Positions 15,240 through 29,052 of a stretch of 64,000 nucleotides of DNA are shown piece by piece. This DNA is from Octopus vulgaris (Eukaryota), in NCBI GenBank assembly GCA_951406725.2, contig OX597826.1, positions 54,932,001 to 54,996,000 of the forward strand. Reading direction: 5' to 3'. A program made the translations under genes and the position numbers. Under the pieces are notes generated by a model. That model was given only the letters and a program-made list of their open reading frames with translations. It made no database searches and was not told the origin of the DNA. The first letter of the stretch is position 1; every line of letters begins with the position of its first letter.

Positions 15240-15389
15240 GAACTGTTTGAATTTCAAAGTGGCTGTATTCTGGGTCATTCTGAAGGTTCATATAGTCAGC
15301 GTAAAATCGCAGAAAACCTTGGGATCCAGCTTTCTACAGTTAATAGAGTGATTGTACGATTCACCAGAGAGGGGAAGGATATGAGATAA
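15240..15389 (+). pseudogene. Tc1-like transposase N-terminal HTH remnant
   Basis: Manual translation [46 protein letters not shown] fits the Tc1 paired-like HTH pattern. Confidence 0.7.
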
Positions 15390-15429
15390 CCCAGCTGAAA
15401 CGATCCGTTTGGCCATACGGTGAGCTTCA

Positions 15430-15710
15430 ATGTTCGCCTCCAACGTCGTTGAATTAACCAAAAATGCTATTTCAGATATTCAAGACATCAGTTCTGAAAT
15501 TCTACTACACTTATTGTATTCTGCTGATATAGTGCCTTAAGATTATTTCCTTTTCCGTTCGCTCTCCAAAAGCCTGTAATGTGTTTTGTTCAACAACGGC
15601 GTGGAGTTGAAAATGGGGATAGATTGATTCTTCGAGTAGATACTTGATGAAATCTATCGTCACGGCATTGGCAAGATAATGGAATGCTGACAAGAAGTCG
15701 GAGAAATAAC
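15430..15710 (+). pseudogene. mariner transposase C-terminal remnant
   Basis: EILLHLLYSADIVP*DYFLFRSL...FNN..ELK...FF...IYRHGIGKIMEC*QEV is a decayed form of HPPYSPDLAPSDYHLFRSL...FYRRGIEKL.ERWQKV. Confidence 0.75.
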
Positions 15711-15725
15711 TTATAGATATATATA

Positions 15726-15887
15726 GGCGTAGGGGTGGCTGTGTGGTAAGTAGCTTGTTTACGAACGACATGGTTCCGGGTTCAGTCCCACTGCGTGGCA
15801 CCTTGGGTAAGTGTCTTCTACTATAGCCTCGGGCCGACCAAAGCCTTGTGAGTGGATTTAGTAGACGGAAACTGAAAGAAGCCCGTC

Positions 15888-15955
<68 letters not shown>

Positions 15956-16162
15956 TTGTGTGTCTGTTTGTCCCCCCAACATCGCTTGACAACCGATGCT
16001 GGTGAGTTTACGTCCCCGTAACTTAGCGGTTCGGCAAAAGAGACCAATAGAATAAGTACTAGGCTTACAAAGTATAAGTCCTGGAGTCGATTTGCTCGAC
16101 TAAAGGCGTTGCTCCAGCATGGCTACAGTCAAATGACTGAAACAAGTAAAAGAGTAAAAGAG
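15726..16162 (+). mobile_element. SINE A, full length
   Basis: Complete head, body, (TA)n(TG)n and tail. Confidence 0.9.
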
Positions 16163-16333
16163 ATTGATTTGCTAAAACGTTTCATGAAAAACAATGATTG
16201 AAATAGATGAAAAGAAAAAAAAAGAGGAAGGAATATATCTGATAACCTAATGTGCCTTATTTATTAATTTTACCCTTCGTGGAAGAGGTATATTTCGGAA
16301 GTTACACATCACATTATCAGTAAAACTCCATTA

Positions 16334-16655
16334 TTGTAGTTTTCAACCGGAGTCCGTATAAGATTTTTGCTGGGTCCACGCAAGCAAAAATACTAAAATG
16401 CAAACCCACATTAGTATGTTAAGCGTCCATGAAAAAGCTTCTGCTTTGGGTGTATTTATTGCAAGAAACAAATAGGTTTTATTTTTCTCTAACGTTTTAC
16501 ATTGTTCGACTTACACAACTTATTGTGTGAACAGCAAAATAGGCATTTTGAAAGAAGTGTCTATAAAACTAGTTTTTAAACACCGAATGTCTGTGAGGGT
16601 TCCCTACAATAAAACACTAAACAATGGGGTCCATTAGTATAGTTAAGAATCACTG
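16334..16655. mobile_element. hAT/Charlie-type non-autonomous DNA transposon (old)
   Basis: The ends ttgtagttttcaacc and gttaagaatcactg resemble CAGTGGTTCTCAAC TIRs. The right flank ctctag fits the NTCTAGAN target preference, and ggggtcc subterminal motifs are present. Confidence 0.55.
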
Positions 16656-18239
16656 CTCTAGTCAATAATACGAAAGATGGAACCTACCCAAACGATGTAA
16701 ATTTTGCTCCATTATTTTTTATATTGTTTTGATTTATATTTGTTTTAGATCTAAATTTTATTGTAATTATAAATCATTGCTGTGCATTTTTTTAATGTTA
16801 AATTTTTAAATATAATTATGATTTATGAGCTTACAGTAAACCATTTTCATTGTGATTTGAGTGTAAGTACATAAATATCAATAATGTATACTTATTCAAC
16901 TGGTACTTGTTTAAATTTGTACCTTGTGTTTTGATTTTAAATAAAAATAGATATTTCATATTATGTATATAAAGGAGGATAAAATGAGTTTTAAGTTATT
17001 GTGTGTGTGTGTGTGTGTGTGTGTGCTTAAACACTCTAATTTTATAACTAAACGCAAGTAAGGTGACAGTAAGGCGATGTTGTTTAACACCAAGAAAGAC
17101 CTGATAGAGCAACTCATGACTCAAAACTGTCCCGCCGTGACTATCTCGTTTATTCCTGACGAACTCTAAACTATAATACTCCAATGCATCACCTTTATTT
17201 CCCAAGCAGAGCTTTGAAATGAGGTATATATGGCAGCCTTTTTAGCGAGTTAAATGCGTGCCCACGTAAGTTACTTCTTTTAGCTAGGGATATCAGAAGA
17301 AGGTATTAAATAAAATTTACCTTTGTTTGTTTTTGTTGTTGATTTACACAACTTCTTGTCATACGAAATGGTCTGGAAACACAACAAGACACACAGATCT
17401 CTCTCTGCACCACAACACATATCAAGCATAGTTTAACAAAGTCACAACCGCCAGTGTGTTGAGCAGTTTTATTTGAAATATTGAGTTTGTCTTTGCAAAA
17501 TAAAATAAAATTCTCATATCTGGGTGTTAGAACGATTTTGAAATCTCGCTGGAGTGTGTGAAAAGGTTTCCAGAAGCGCTGTTTCTTGGGCTATTTCATG
17601 TTAGTTGTGGGAGGTTAAGTAACTAGACATTATTGTAGTGATAGCATTATTAGTGTATTGGTAGTTAAAAATGTGGTGGTAGTGGTGGTGCTGGTATGAT
17701 CGTGTGGTGTTGGTAGTAACTGGAAGACGATTTTACGCCGAGTAAGTCACTTACAATCACTCGCGTCATTTACAAGACGGCAGAAACAACGAAGTAATTT
17801 TGGCAAAAGGCCATTTAATCACTTGCCAATAAATTGAAAGTGATTAATTTACAGATACGAAATCACAGAAATCAAAAGCTACACTCATTCCTACCCTACA
17901 CTCCAACAAAATCTACTTCCTCTCGGTCCGATGGTTGAAACCTGACCTGCGGTTATACAACATCTGATAACTTCAATAATTTGGTTTCAAATCTCTTACT
18001 TCATGTATCGGTTTGATTTGCCTCACGGCACTAAATAACGATTCAGTATTGGCTATGAGTTTAACAACTACACTTCGCAAATGTATGCCTCGGGGTTCGA
18101 TATTATTGTGCGGCGGTTTGGGCAAGTGGATTAACATAATCCTTTGTACGATAGGGACAAGGCATGAAATTTTGTGGGGTGAGTGCTGTTCGATTATATC
18201 AAAACCAGTATTCAATTGGTTCTTAATTTTTCGATTTCA

Positions 18240-18440
18240 AATTTTGGCACAAAGCTAGCAAGTTCAGCAATGTAGGCGTTAAGTCGATTACATCGACCTC
18301 AGTGCTAAACTAGTACTTATTTTATCGACTTCGACAGATGAAAGGCAAAGTCGGCGGAATATTAACTCAGAGCTTAAAGATGAACAAAAAGCCGCCAAGC
18401 AGTTTGACCGACGTGCCGACGTTTCTGCCACCTCACCGCA
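18240..18440 (-). mobile_element. SINE B (diverged)
   Basis: ggcacaa...gtcgattacatcgac...tacttattttatcgac...gatgaaaggcaaagtc is the reverse complement of the B body. A tail scrap lies at ~18145-18215. Confidence 0.75.
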
Positions 18441-18704
18441 TTGTAATTAAATTAACGTAATGATGTTAGTGCAAATTTAAGGACAATTTCGTAACCGGAA
18501 ACTTCAAAAGTACTTCCCTGGTCATCTATACCTGAACTGCGATATAAACAGAAGTATGCGCAAAGATTTAACTTGTTTCTTTCTTTCTTTTTTAAAAAAA
18601 ATCTAGCAAAGTATATGATAAAACTGAACTCAGAATTAGCATTAGATTATCAAATCGAACTTTGACCTACCTGAACGGGTTTAACTGCCTATATATTGTT
18701 TTCA

Positions 18705-18900
18705 AATTTTGGCACAAGTCCAGCAGGTGTGGGGGATGAGCTGAGTCGATTAAATTGACCCCAGTGTTCAACCGGTACTTATTTTATCGGCCCCCAGAAG
18801 GATTAGATGCAAAGTCAACCTCGGCGGAATTTGATCTCGGAACGTAAGGACGGGCGAAATGCCGCGCAGCGTGCTAACCATTCTGCCAGCTTGCCATGCC
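18705..18900 (-). mobile_element. SINE B (diverged)
   Basis: Same motifs, ending in ttctgccagct (head). Confidence 0.75.
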
Positions 18901-18939
18901 TTAACTGCCCAAGTATTACTGGAACCTGAGCAAGGTGAA

Positions 18940-18948
18940 AAGATGATA

Positions 18949-18981
<33 letters not shown>

Positions 18982-19102
18982 ACGATTATCACCTTCATGG
19001 TCATGATGACAGCGGCGGCAACAACAGTGACGTTGGGTATGATGATGATGACTTAGATGATGATGATGATAATGATGATGATGATGAGGATGAGGATGAT
19101 GA

Positions 19103-19134
<32 letters not shown>

Positions 19135-19987
19135 ATGATGATGATATTGATGATGGTAATGATGATGCCCGTAGGTCCAGAAATCGAAACCACGACCTTA
19201 CAATCGTGAGTGTAATATCTTAACCATTAAGCCACGCAAATTCGCACACACACAAAACACACACACACACAAAACACACACACATACACACACACACACA
19301 CACAAAACATACACACATCACATAGAATTATGAATAATCGTAATGTCGTGACTTTCGGGATTCGATGTGCGAAACCCAGAGTAAATTGACAGGAATAAAT
19401 GTCGGTGCCGCATCTAGGGCGGTGCTCTTCTACTGTTCTTGCAACCTTCACGTCCTTACGTCTCTGCAAATATTAATAACAAAAGTCATCTTTATTGTAC
19501 GCTCTATGTTCTATTATTACATTTTACTAAAACTGATCCGGCAAACTGTCATTCGGTGAGAATAGTCTTTGTAATAAAGCAGATAATTTAATTAAGATGC
19601 CTCGCTGATGTTATTGTTGTTGCCGTTGTTGTTGTTGGTGGTGGTGGTGGTGTTGGTGTTGGTGGTGGTAGAGATGATAATGATGATGATGATGATGATG
19701 ATGAATAGGAAAATGTGGAGGTGAAGGAGGAGGAGGATATGGATGATAAGGATGAAGATGCAGATGGCGACGATCAAGATGTTGACGATGATGATGATGA
19801 TGATGATGGTCACGATATGGTCATGACGGCGGCAACGGCATCAACGATGTTGGAGATGTTGACAATGATGATGATTTAGATCATGATTTAGCTGCTGCTG
19901 CTGCTGCTGCTGCTGATGTTGCTGCTGATGATGTTCATGATGATGATGGTGGGATTGGTGGTATTAGTGGTATTGTTGCTCGCATAG

Positions 19988-20022
<35 letters not shown>

Positions 20023-20095
20023 GCTGTCGTTGTTGCTGGTGTTAATGGTTGGCTGTAGTGTTGGTGATTGTGGAGGAGGTGGAGGAGAAAACAAC
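18940..20095. repeat. (GAT)n/(GGT)n/(GTT)n/(GCT)n microsatellite blocks
   Basis: Direct reading; interrupted by a SINE C head (minus, ~19172-19237) and unique sequence. Confidence 0.85.
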
Positions 20096-20177
20096 ATCAA
20101 CTTCATTTATTTGAGTAATTTCCTTTAAAATTAACAGAAAGGCGTCAAAACCGCCATTCTAGATTAACAACCGCCTT

Positions 20178-20224
<47 letters not shown>

Positions 20225-21304
20225 AACACACACATATAGACACACGAGTACAAACACATACACATAATGTACGCACTCCTTCCCTGAAATACCAATCAGC
20301 AATCACCAAGGGCGACTAAACGGAGGGTAAATATTATCCATTACCCGTTCTCTGACAAAACCTAACAAAATCACTTTACAACTACTAGCACACCATCACC
20401 ACCACTACCACCACCACCACCACCACCATCACCACCACCACCAGTAACATCGCCTTCATCTCCTTCATCGCCGCCATCTTTCGCCACCTTACCAATACCG
20501 CATACCGTGCTTTCCCGACACTCGTTTTCACACCTCATCTCATTGACTGTTGTCGATAGCTGGAACTATTTCACTTGATTTGATTTCAGTTTTAAAATTA
20601 GATTAGACACTTCTTGATGACATGAGGTTAAATACCCAGTTCTTGTTTTGACACCGGCAGATATATTAAAAACACGCGAGATGGACTCGACTCGAAATGT
20701 GCATTAGGTGTGCATAAGTTGCACTAAACCAATCTTTCTTCACCGAGGCGTTAACTGCTGAAGATTGATTTAACACTTTTTAATGGTTAAATAGAAGTGG
20801 ATGGAAGGCGGGGTGGATGTTTTGTTGGCTACCAGAACCTGTAAAGTCACGGACTAACGTGTTTTATACTAAAATGTATTATACTATTGTATCTAGTATA
20901 TGAGTTCAAACTACATTAGGTAAGCTGTATCTGGTAAACTACGTATTTTGCAATCCAGATCGGTTGGCGGCAAGGTTGTAGGCTCGTTAGAGCGTAGAAT
21001 AAAGAATGTTTTTTTGTTATGCGTTGCGATTATCTGTGTTCTAAGATCGTATTGCACCGAGGTCAACTTTGATTTTCATCCGTATCGGAGTTGATACAAA
21101 AAAATAAAAAAATACAAAAAACAATAATATACGAATCCTCCACAGAATAACGACTGGCATGTAAGGATATTGAAGCAGTTGCATTTCCATGTTAATTCCG
21201 GATTTTTGAGTCCCGTGTTCAACCACACCATCGTCTACTGAAGCGATATCCTTTATAACTTCTCCCAATTTAGCTTCATCATCTGGAACTTTACTCATGT
21301 AACG

Positions 21305-21312
21305 GGGCCCGT

Positions 21313-21367
<55 letters not shown>

Positions 21368-21580
21368 ATATGCACATATATATATATTTGTGTGTCTGTG
21401 TTTGTTCCCCTACCATCGCTTGAAAACCGATGTTAGTGTGTTTATGTCCCCGTAATCTAGCGGTTCTGCAAAAGAGATCGATAGGCTTACAAGGAATAGT
21501 TCTGGGGTCTATTTCTTCGACTAAAGGCGGTACTGCAGCATGGCCGTAGTCAAATGACTGAAACAAAAGAATAAAATAAT
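21305..21580 (+). mobile_element. SINE A, 3' half
   Basis: cccgtcg-(TA)n-...ggcggtactgcagcatggccgtagtcaaatgactgaaaca. Confidence 0.8.
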
Positions 21581-21764
21581 ATATATTCTTAGTTTGGTCC
21601 TGACTGAGAAACGATATATATATATATATATATATATATTATCAAAATATTAAAGATTTGCAGGTACGTGGTACTTCGTTATGCAAACACAATATACTAT
21701 AAGGTATACTATATGTTTGCATAAGTCACTACCACGTTCTCTTGTGTCAGCAGTGCTCTTACGT

Positions 21765-22009
21765 TATTTTGTTAAGGTTCTTTCTACAGATATTCAATAG
21801 AACTTATAACCAGCTCTGATTTTTGCTATAACGTTTCGTATCGAGACGTGAGATGTAAACAAACAATGTCAGCGAAGACAAAACTGGTTAATGAGTGTAT
21901 AGGCCATATTTGTTTACATCAGACGTCTCCATACGAAACGTTATAGCAAAGGTCAGTGTTGGCTATATAGGTTCCATAGAATATCTGTAGAAATACCCTT
22001 AACAAAATA
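21765..22009. repeat. Long inverted repeat (~104-bp arms, ~36-nt spacer)
   Basis: Left arm tattttgttaagg..tttctacagatattc..tgctataacgtttcgtat..gagacgt..gatgtaaacaaa pairs with tttgtttacatc..acgtctc..atacgaaacgttatagca..gaatatctgtagaaa..ccttaacaaaata. Confidence 0.85.
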
Positions 22010-22369
22010 TGATCGAAGGCTTTTCAGTTATGACTTTCCTACCATATTTTCAGACGTAGTATATCTAGGACTATATAGTTCAATGTGCCCTACATATTTT
22101 TAAGTTTGCAAAGTGTAATTTGAAGAAGTGTTGGCTGCACTTTCTTGCAGGATATTTGACTCCCTTCCCTCTCCTGGTTTAACAGCTCCATGTTATCTCG
22201 GTTGTTTTAACCCACTGTGCCCTGTAGTCTGTGGGGCAATAACGGGATAATTTGAACTCTTCCGTACAATGGCTGAGCTGATGTTGTTAAACCTTATAAA
22301 CAAAAAACTTATAAAGGTTTACTCTTGCTGCTTGTCTCATGCCCGTGTTTGTTGGGGCTGGGGGTCATC

Positions 22370-22670
22370 CCAGGTTAGACGTCCCAGAAACGTCATCTTG
22401 CGTTTCACCAGTACTCTCCACTGCGTGCGGTCTCGTCACAGTCCCTCAGCATTCTGCAAGGTGACATCGAGCCTCTGGAGATCTTCCCAAATCACATCCA
22501 GGGTTTTGCCACGAAGCCTCTTCCAGCACGCAGCTGCTGAGACGGATGAGTGTAAAGCCTGATAGGATGATTTGACCGTAGACGGAGATAATATATCCGT
22601 GCTAGCGCATGCGGCGGATAGCTCTGAGGTGTTAGGCTTCGGGCTGATGCTTGCATAACTCAACGACAGT
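22370..22670 (-). mobile_element. RTE-clade LINE 3' fragment (decayed)
   Basis: Minus frames give IRRMR*HGYI.. then WKRLRGKTLDVIWEDLQRLDVTLQNAEGL/RDRTQWRVLV, the RTE C-terminal pattern (RLRWxGH..KRPRGRP..W.D...A.DR..WR). Confidence 0.65.
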
Positions 22671-23322
22671 AGATTTCGTTTTCATAAATGTGACAGTATG
22701 TCTCATTCACAATTCAAACCCTACAAAGGGAAACTTTGTCACTTCATGTGCCATAGCACACTACCTGTCTTCGCAATAATTTAATTGGTGTGGAGCTTCC
22801 TGGACGGCAGGACCGAGTGTTTAACGAATGGCTGTTCAGCTATCTCTCTCTCTATTGTCATCTTTATGCTATCGGTACGTTTAAAGTGCTCTTCTGGTTA
22901 CATAATACTAATACGATAAAATAATGGTAGCGACCCATTGAAATAATTACTCAAAAAATGTTGAAATTTCTAATTTCTTTCAGTCTGTTCAGTGGGTTGT
23001 CACAGTGGAGTTTCCACAATGTGCCGCTGCGTCTTCACTCAATTGAAACAAAGTGAGCGTCTGTCACTGTGTAAAGGTACATGTGTGTATGCCCGTATGT
23101 ATGCACACATACAGACAGCTAGACACACAGACACACAGACACATTCATATACGTACATTACACATACAAACATATGTTCGGATGTGATTAAGTATATCTC
23201 TATGAAAGCATATGTATGTATATACGTGTTTGTGTCTTTATATATATGTCTCTCTCTCTCACTCACTCTCTCTCTCTATGTATATATATATATGTATATA
23301 TATATGTATCTCTCTTTCTCTG

Positions 23323-23363
<41 letters not shown>

Positions 23364-24043
23364 TTATCTCTCTCTCGCATTCTCTGTATGTATATATATA
23401 TATATATATATATACGTACATGCACATGATTTTATTGGAGACTAGTTTCAGTGTAAATGCTATCTATAAATTTTTTTTATTGTTTGGGGAGATAATGAGA
23501 AACAAAGAAAGAAAGAGGGAGAGAGAGAGTGAGAGATAAATGAGACCGAGCTAAATGATACAAAGTTAAACTACGGATGAGGATATCATTGTAAAGAATG
23601 CAGGGCGGTATATAAAAGGGTGTTAAAGACTTGACCGTCTGTTGTCTTGGGGTGCCAACCAAACCAAAATTGTAATTGATCTGCGAATAGATAATCCGAA
23701 TACTCGAATGTCAAACTATAAAATATCTTAAGAATATTATCTGCAATAAAATGTATGAACATTCTTAATAGGAACGACTTACACACTAAAATAGTTAAAT
23801 CCATATATAAACTTATATGATCAGAGAGCAAATTAAAGAATATTGAAGATAGGTTAGTCTGTAATCTGATACAATGCTGTTCTAGCACCCATAATGACCA
23901 TATTATTCCAAGAAATTTTGCAGACGCATAAAATCACACGAACACATATATACAGTAGGTAGGAAGGTTCCTAGCTCATTATACAAGTCAAGTATACGAA
24001 GGATACTCGATTGTGGATGCGCCCATATCTTTATAGAAGAATA

Positions 24044-24090
<47 letters not shown>

Positions 24091-24165
24091 ATATATATGT
24101 ATGTATGTGTGTATATATGTATATATATATTTACGTGTGTATGCATATGTATATATATATATATG

Positions 24166-24208
<43 letters not shown>

Positions 24209-24431
24209 ATGCATATGTATATATGTATGTATGTGTATATAGCTGGTTATGTACATATGTATACATATGTAGATATATAAATTTGAAGATTAATATATAC
24301 ATAAACACGCGTAAAGAAAACGAAGCATACTAGTATGATAATACGTATATAAATATACGCACGTACACACACAAATAATTACATGAATAGACTTAACCAC
24401 GTGCATGTGTTTGTGAGTATGGTTGTATGTG

Positions 24432-24465
<34 letters not shown>

Positions 24466-24625
24466 CGTTCATGCAGGCAAATACACACATATATTAAAGC
24501 TACAGCCAGTCTGTCATAACCGACATCATTGAGTTATCTCTCAGTGGAGCTAGTCAGTCAAATGACATTCTGTCAACCGGCTAGACATCTCGTTGCAAAA
24601 CGGGGTAAACGAAGACTTTTGAGCT

Positions 24626-24717
<92 letters not shown>

Positions 24718-24854
24718 AAAGAATGTATAAGTATTTATACACAGAGTAGTGACACTCGTCAGGCAGGTCGCCATACATGATAGAAAGGGCAGCCAAACTC
24801 AACCACGAAAAAAAGGAATTTCAAAGAGAATGAAAACAAAAATTAATTATAGTT

Positions 24855-24926
24855 AACCCTAAACTCGAGTTTCTGTGTTAATGAACAAATAAAATATTTT
24901 GTTATCCGTACTTCATCAGCGGGATC
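24855..24926 (-). ncRNA. Hammerhead-like motif (Penelope-type, partly decayed)
   Basis: Minus strand: cccg-CTGATGA-agt...(hairpin loop)...aca-GAAA-ctcgag-TT-taggg. Same ctcgag palindromic stem III as at 8232. Confidence 0.5.
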
Positions 24927-25034
24927 GCTGCTAGCCACCGGTATAAAATGTTTTCTAAATTTTCTACTCTTATAATTTTTGCAGTGTATATGTGTGTATA
25001 TATATATATGTGTGTGTGTGTGTATATATATATG

Positions 25035-25113
<79 letters not shown>

Positions 25114-25124
25114 ATGTATATATA

Positions 25125-25161
<37 letters not shown>

Positions 25162-25364
25162 AGAGATGTATTCCCACGAGGGAAAGGATATGGGAAATTA
25201 TTTTGTGGTTTGAAAATGTACATGAATCTAAGAAACGTGTAGTCGTATTTAAATAGATTTATTCAAACACCAAACTAGTTTCAACAAGCTTTTGGGTTAT
25301 CAATTGTACAAATATAGAAGGAAAGGGGTTTAGGAGAGTTTAAAGTTACATATATGTTCTTCGT

Positions 25365-25750
25365 TTTACCTCTTTTAGTCACTTGACTGGGCCTTCCTGG
25401 AGCACCACCTTGAAGGGTTTTAGTCGAACAAATCGATCCCAGGACTTATTTTTAAAATCCAGTTCTTATACTCTCGGTGTCTCTACGCTAAGTTACACGT
25501 CATGTGGGGTGGGTGACAAACATACACAGAAATATACACACGCATGCACACACAAACACACATACACAGACACACACACATATACGATGAGCTTCTTTTC
25601 AGTTTCCGTCTATCAAATCCATTCGCAAGGCTTTGATCGACCCGGAGCTATATTAGAAGACACTTGCCGAAGGTACCACGCAGCAAAACTGAACCCGGAA
25701 TCATGTGGTTGGGAAGCAAGCTCCTTACCACACAGTTACACCTACGCGTA
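25365..25750 (-). mobile_element. SINE A (diverged subtype)
   Basis: Reverse complement of tail, body and head, with an internal deletion. Confidence 0.75.
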
Positions 25751-27164
25751 TACACACACACACACACACACATACACACACACATATATTTCACGTGATC
25801 AAGTGACGACCAGACTCTCAGATGTTGTTACACATCTAATGTAATTTCGGTATAACTCTTGATTGTTTCAAAATTTAGATTTTTAGTTAGATATTAAGAA
25901 TATCTAAAACGCTGGTCTTCGCCGTATTTGAAGAGTTCATTCTCGCATCAAATTGAATGCTTTCTTTCAAATGGAATGTTCTCGTTTGCTTCTATGTATT
26001 TCCCAATCGATTTACTATAATCAAAGGTGTCTATGATCAAGTTCTTCGAAATGTTGCCTTGTAGTCCTCGCTGCAAAAAGTTCGTTGTATTCGCCAGGGA
26101 TAAAATTAAACTTCTTATAGCATTAAGAATATAATTCCAAAGCCTACAGCATAATACCTTCTTGTGTACGCAGCTAATGTCAGTCAGTAAGTGTTTATTG
26201 ATCAACCTTGTATGAGGGTTCGCAGTGTTCATAATTCCCATGATAAGCATATTATCGAAATTTGCTTTATGCTCATTAAATGTGAAATATGGCTGTTTGA
26301 GTCTAAGTTGTTCGTTCCGCTCTATCGTCTATGTGAGCAAACAGAGTTATTTATATACCTCGGTTGTTGATAATCCGTAGAGTATTGTGGTTAGTTTACC
26401 ATTAGATTTTGGTAATCTGTAATGAGAATAATCTGTACAACTTAGTATGGTTTACTACTGTCAGATTACGGGTCAACAGTATTCACATAATTTACTTAAG
26501 ATTATATTCATAAGATAGCCTTATTTATTAGCATTTAAACATTAGATTTAACTATACACATGTCTATTTAATTTAATACAGGTCAAAATTTAATTTGGTT
26601 AGAGTTACAAACCAACAGTCTGTCAAGGCTAGAACACTCAGCTATATCTCACTCTAAACCATGTTTATTTCTACATCTCATATTTAACATAGTATAACGC
26701 TGCTACTCTGTGCATTCAAACAAAAATATATAATTAATATCCACATTAAAGTTAATTGGTAGTTGTACAACTGATCGTCAAAAATTGAAATATGATTATG
26801 GTAAGAAATTGAACAATAATGAAAAAGTATGGTAGTAATACCATAAAGTATGGAACACTAATAAAAAAAAGCATGTGGAAGCAACAGCATAGAGAACAAT
26901 ATACACCTCGCCTTCATCAAACCCTGCGCATTACTATCTTCAGCTCAAGGATTCGTTAAGCTGGCTACCGGATAAAAAATGATTAAAAATGCTGAAAAGA
27001 TTGATAAAAACGAATGACCTGAGCCAAATGCATATTCAATGCAGAATAGATCTGCGCATTATAAAAATTTCATAAAACAGAACCCCAAATCCATTGAACT
27101 GCACAATAAGCTAATGTCAATATGGACAACAAAACCATTAAAGTTAAAAATAATAATGATTTCA

Positions 27165-27353
27165 AATTTTGGCACAAGGCCAGCAATTTCGGGGGAGGAG
27201 GTAAGTCGATTGCATCAATCCCAGTGTTTAACTGGTGCTTATTTTATCGAGACCATAAGGATGAAAGACAAAGTCGACCTCGGTGGAATCTGAACTCAGA
27301 ACATAAAGAACATTTTGCTCGGCGTGCTAACGGTTCTGCCAGATTCACCGCCT
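27165..27353 (-). mobile_element. SINE B
   Basis: ggcacaaggcc...ccagtgtttaactggtgcttattttatcga...gatgaaagacaaagtcgacctcgg...ctgccagattcaccgcc. A SINE A tail scrap follows (27373-27430). Confidence 0.8.
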
Positions 27354-27964
27354 CAAAAAAAAAAAAAGAAACAAGTGCTTTAAGCATGGTCATAGTCAAT
27401 GACTGAAACAAGTAAAAGAATAAAAGAATTAAAAAAAAAAAAACTAATTTTGATAATAAATCCCAAGAACCTAAAAAGTAAAATGCTGCTCGTAACAAAT
27501 ATCTTTTACATATTTTAATCTTAAGTGGTGAAATATCAGTCGTTAGATATCCTGTCATAGTAGTTAGTTCCAGTCTCTGTACTGCGATTTCAAATCCTGC
27601 TGAGTCCAAATTTACCGTTCATTCTCTTGGAGGGAATAAAAACTACCATTCCATTGCTGTGGGTCGGTGTAATTGTGAGGACGTTGGACTGGATGCCTTG
27701 CAGTATTTTTTTTTTTTTTTGTGTCCTAAGAGCAAATCCAGTTAAGGTTTACACGGTTTAATACATCCCCTGGCATTTGGGTGAATTTTAGGGAGTCTAT
27801 TATGTTGCAAGAATTAGCTCTAAGCTTCTGTTTTCAGAACACCTTCCTCTCTCTGCCTTGCACTAATCCCTTAGTCTCTGTAATGGAAAAGAGGCACAGG
27901 TTTCTGATAAAATATGTCAAAAATATACGTAAATCGTAAACTTTATGTTTCTAACTTTTATATG

Positions 27965-28640
27965 GGTCAAACGAGTACAACTCTTTCTTATTCGTTCACA
28001 GTTCACTTGCAGCAAATATCAACACAACTCAGGAGCATTAATTAAATCACATAACACCATAAAAACGTGACAGTAAAACATTAGTAAACAAGACATCTAT
28101 ACTACAGAGAATTTCTTTAAAAATGCATGGTTAATGAAGCAAGCAATACACATAATCTGCGACGATGCTAAAACTAAACATACAAACGATATACATCAAT
28201 CACCAACACGCATAGCACATTCTCTCACCAATTCACTATTCACTTACAAGAGCAATTCTGAAACACAAAATCACACTAAAATAAAACAACATAGAACGAA
28301 ACAAACAACGGCTTAGTAGTAAAGCGTTAGTAAACAGCACATCTTTACTACAGAGAATTCCTTACAAAATAGACGATTAATGATAGAAGCAATATACATA
28401 ACTTAGGACAATACTAGAGTAAACATTACAAACAACATACATCAGTCACAAACAAGTACAACACTTATAAAATCACAAATTACTTACAAGAAGAATTCCA
28501 AAATACAAAATCACACAACACAATAAAATCTTGGTAGTAAAATGTTAGTAAACAACACATCTATATACTATTGAGAATTCCTTACAAAAATAGACAATTA
28601 ATGATGGCTCAGAACAGAGGACATTGCTAAGATAACTACA
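27965..28640. repeat. Degenerate ~220-245-bp tandem repeat, about 3 units
   Basis: agtaaa.cgttagtaaaca..acatct.tactacagagaattcctt.caaaa recurs at ~28072, 28318 and 28536. Confidence 0.75.
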
Positions 28641-28962
28641 CAGACAAACATACAAATTACAAACGAAAATAAACGACTGTCTGATGACGAATGAATCTAT
28701 CCGCCAAAAATGTAAATGCCGGTGCTAACATCGACAGCCATCACATTTACCATGTCTACTGGAAAGAGACGGCGATATCACTTTGAAGATGAGATGATGA
28801 ACGTCTCTTAAAGTTGATGATAGAATTAAGAACTTTACCGTTCGAAGCAAGCTACAAGGAATTCCTATGAAAGTATGTGAAAACCTTGATACGAAATGAT
28901 AAAGTATAAAACCACAATACAGCGGCGTGTTCTATAGACAGTTAAAAGAAACGCTGTTTCCG

Positions 28963-29052
<90 letters not shown>

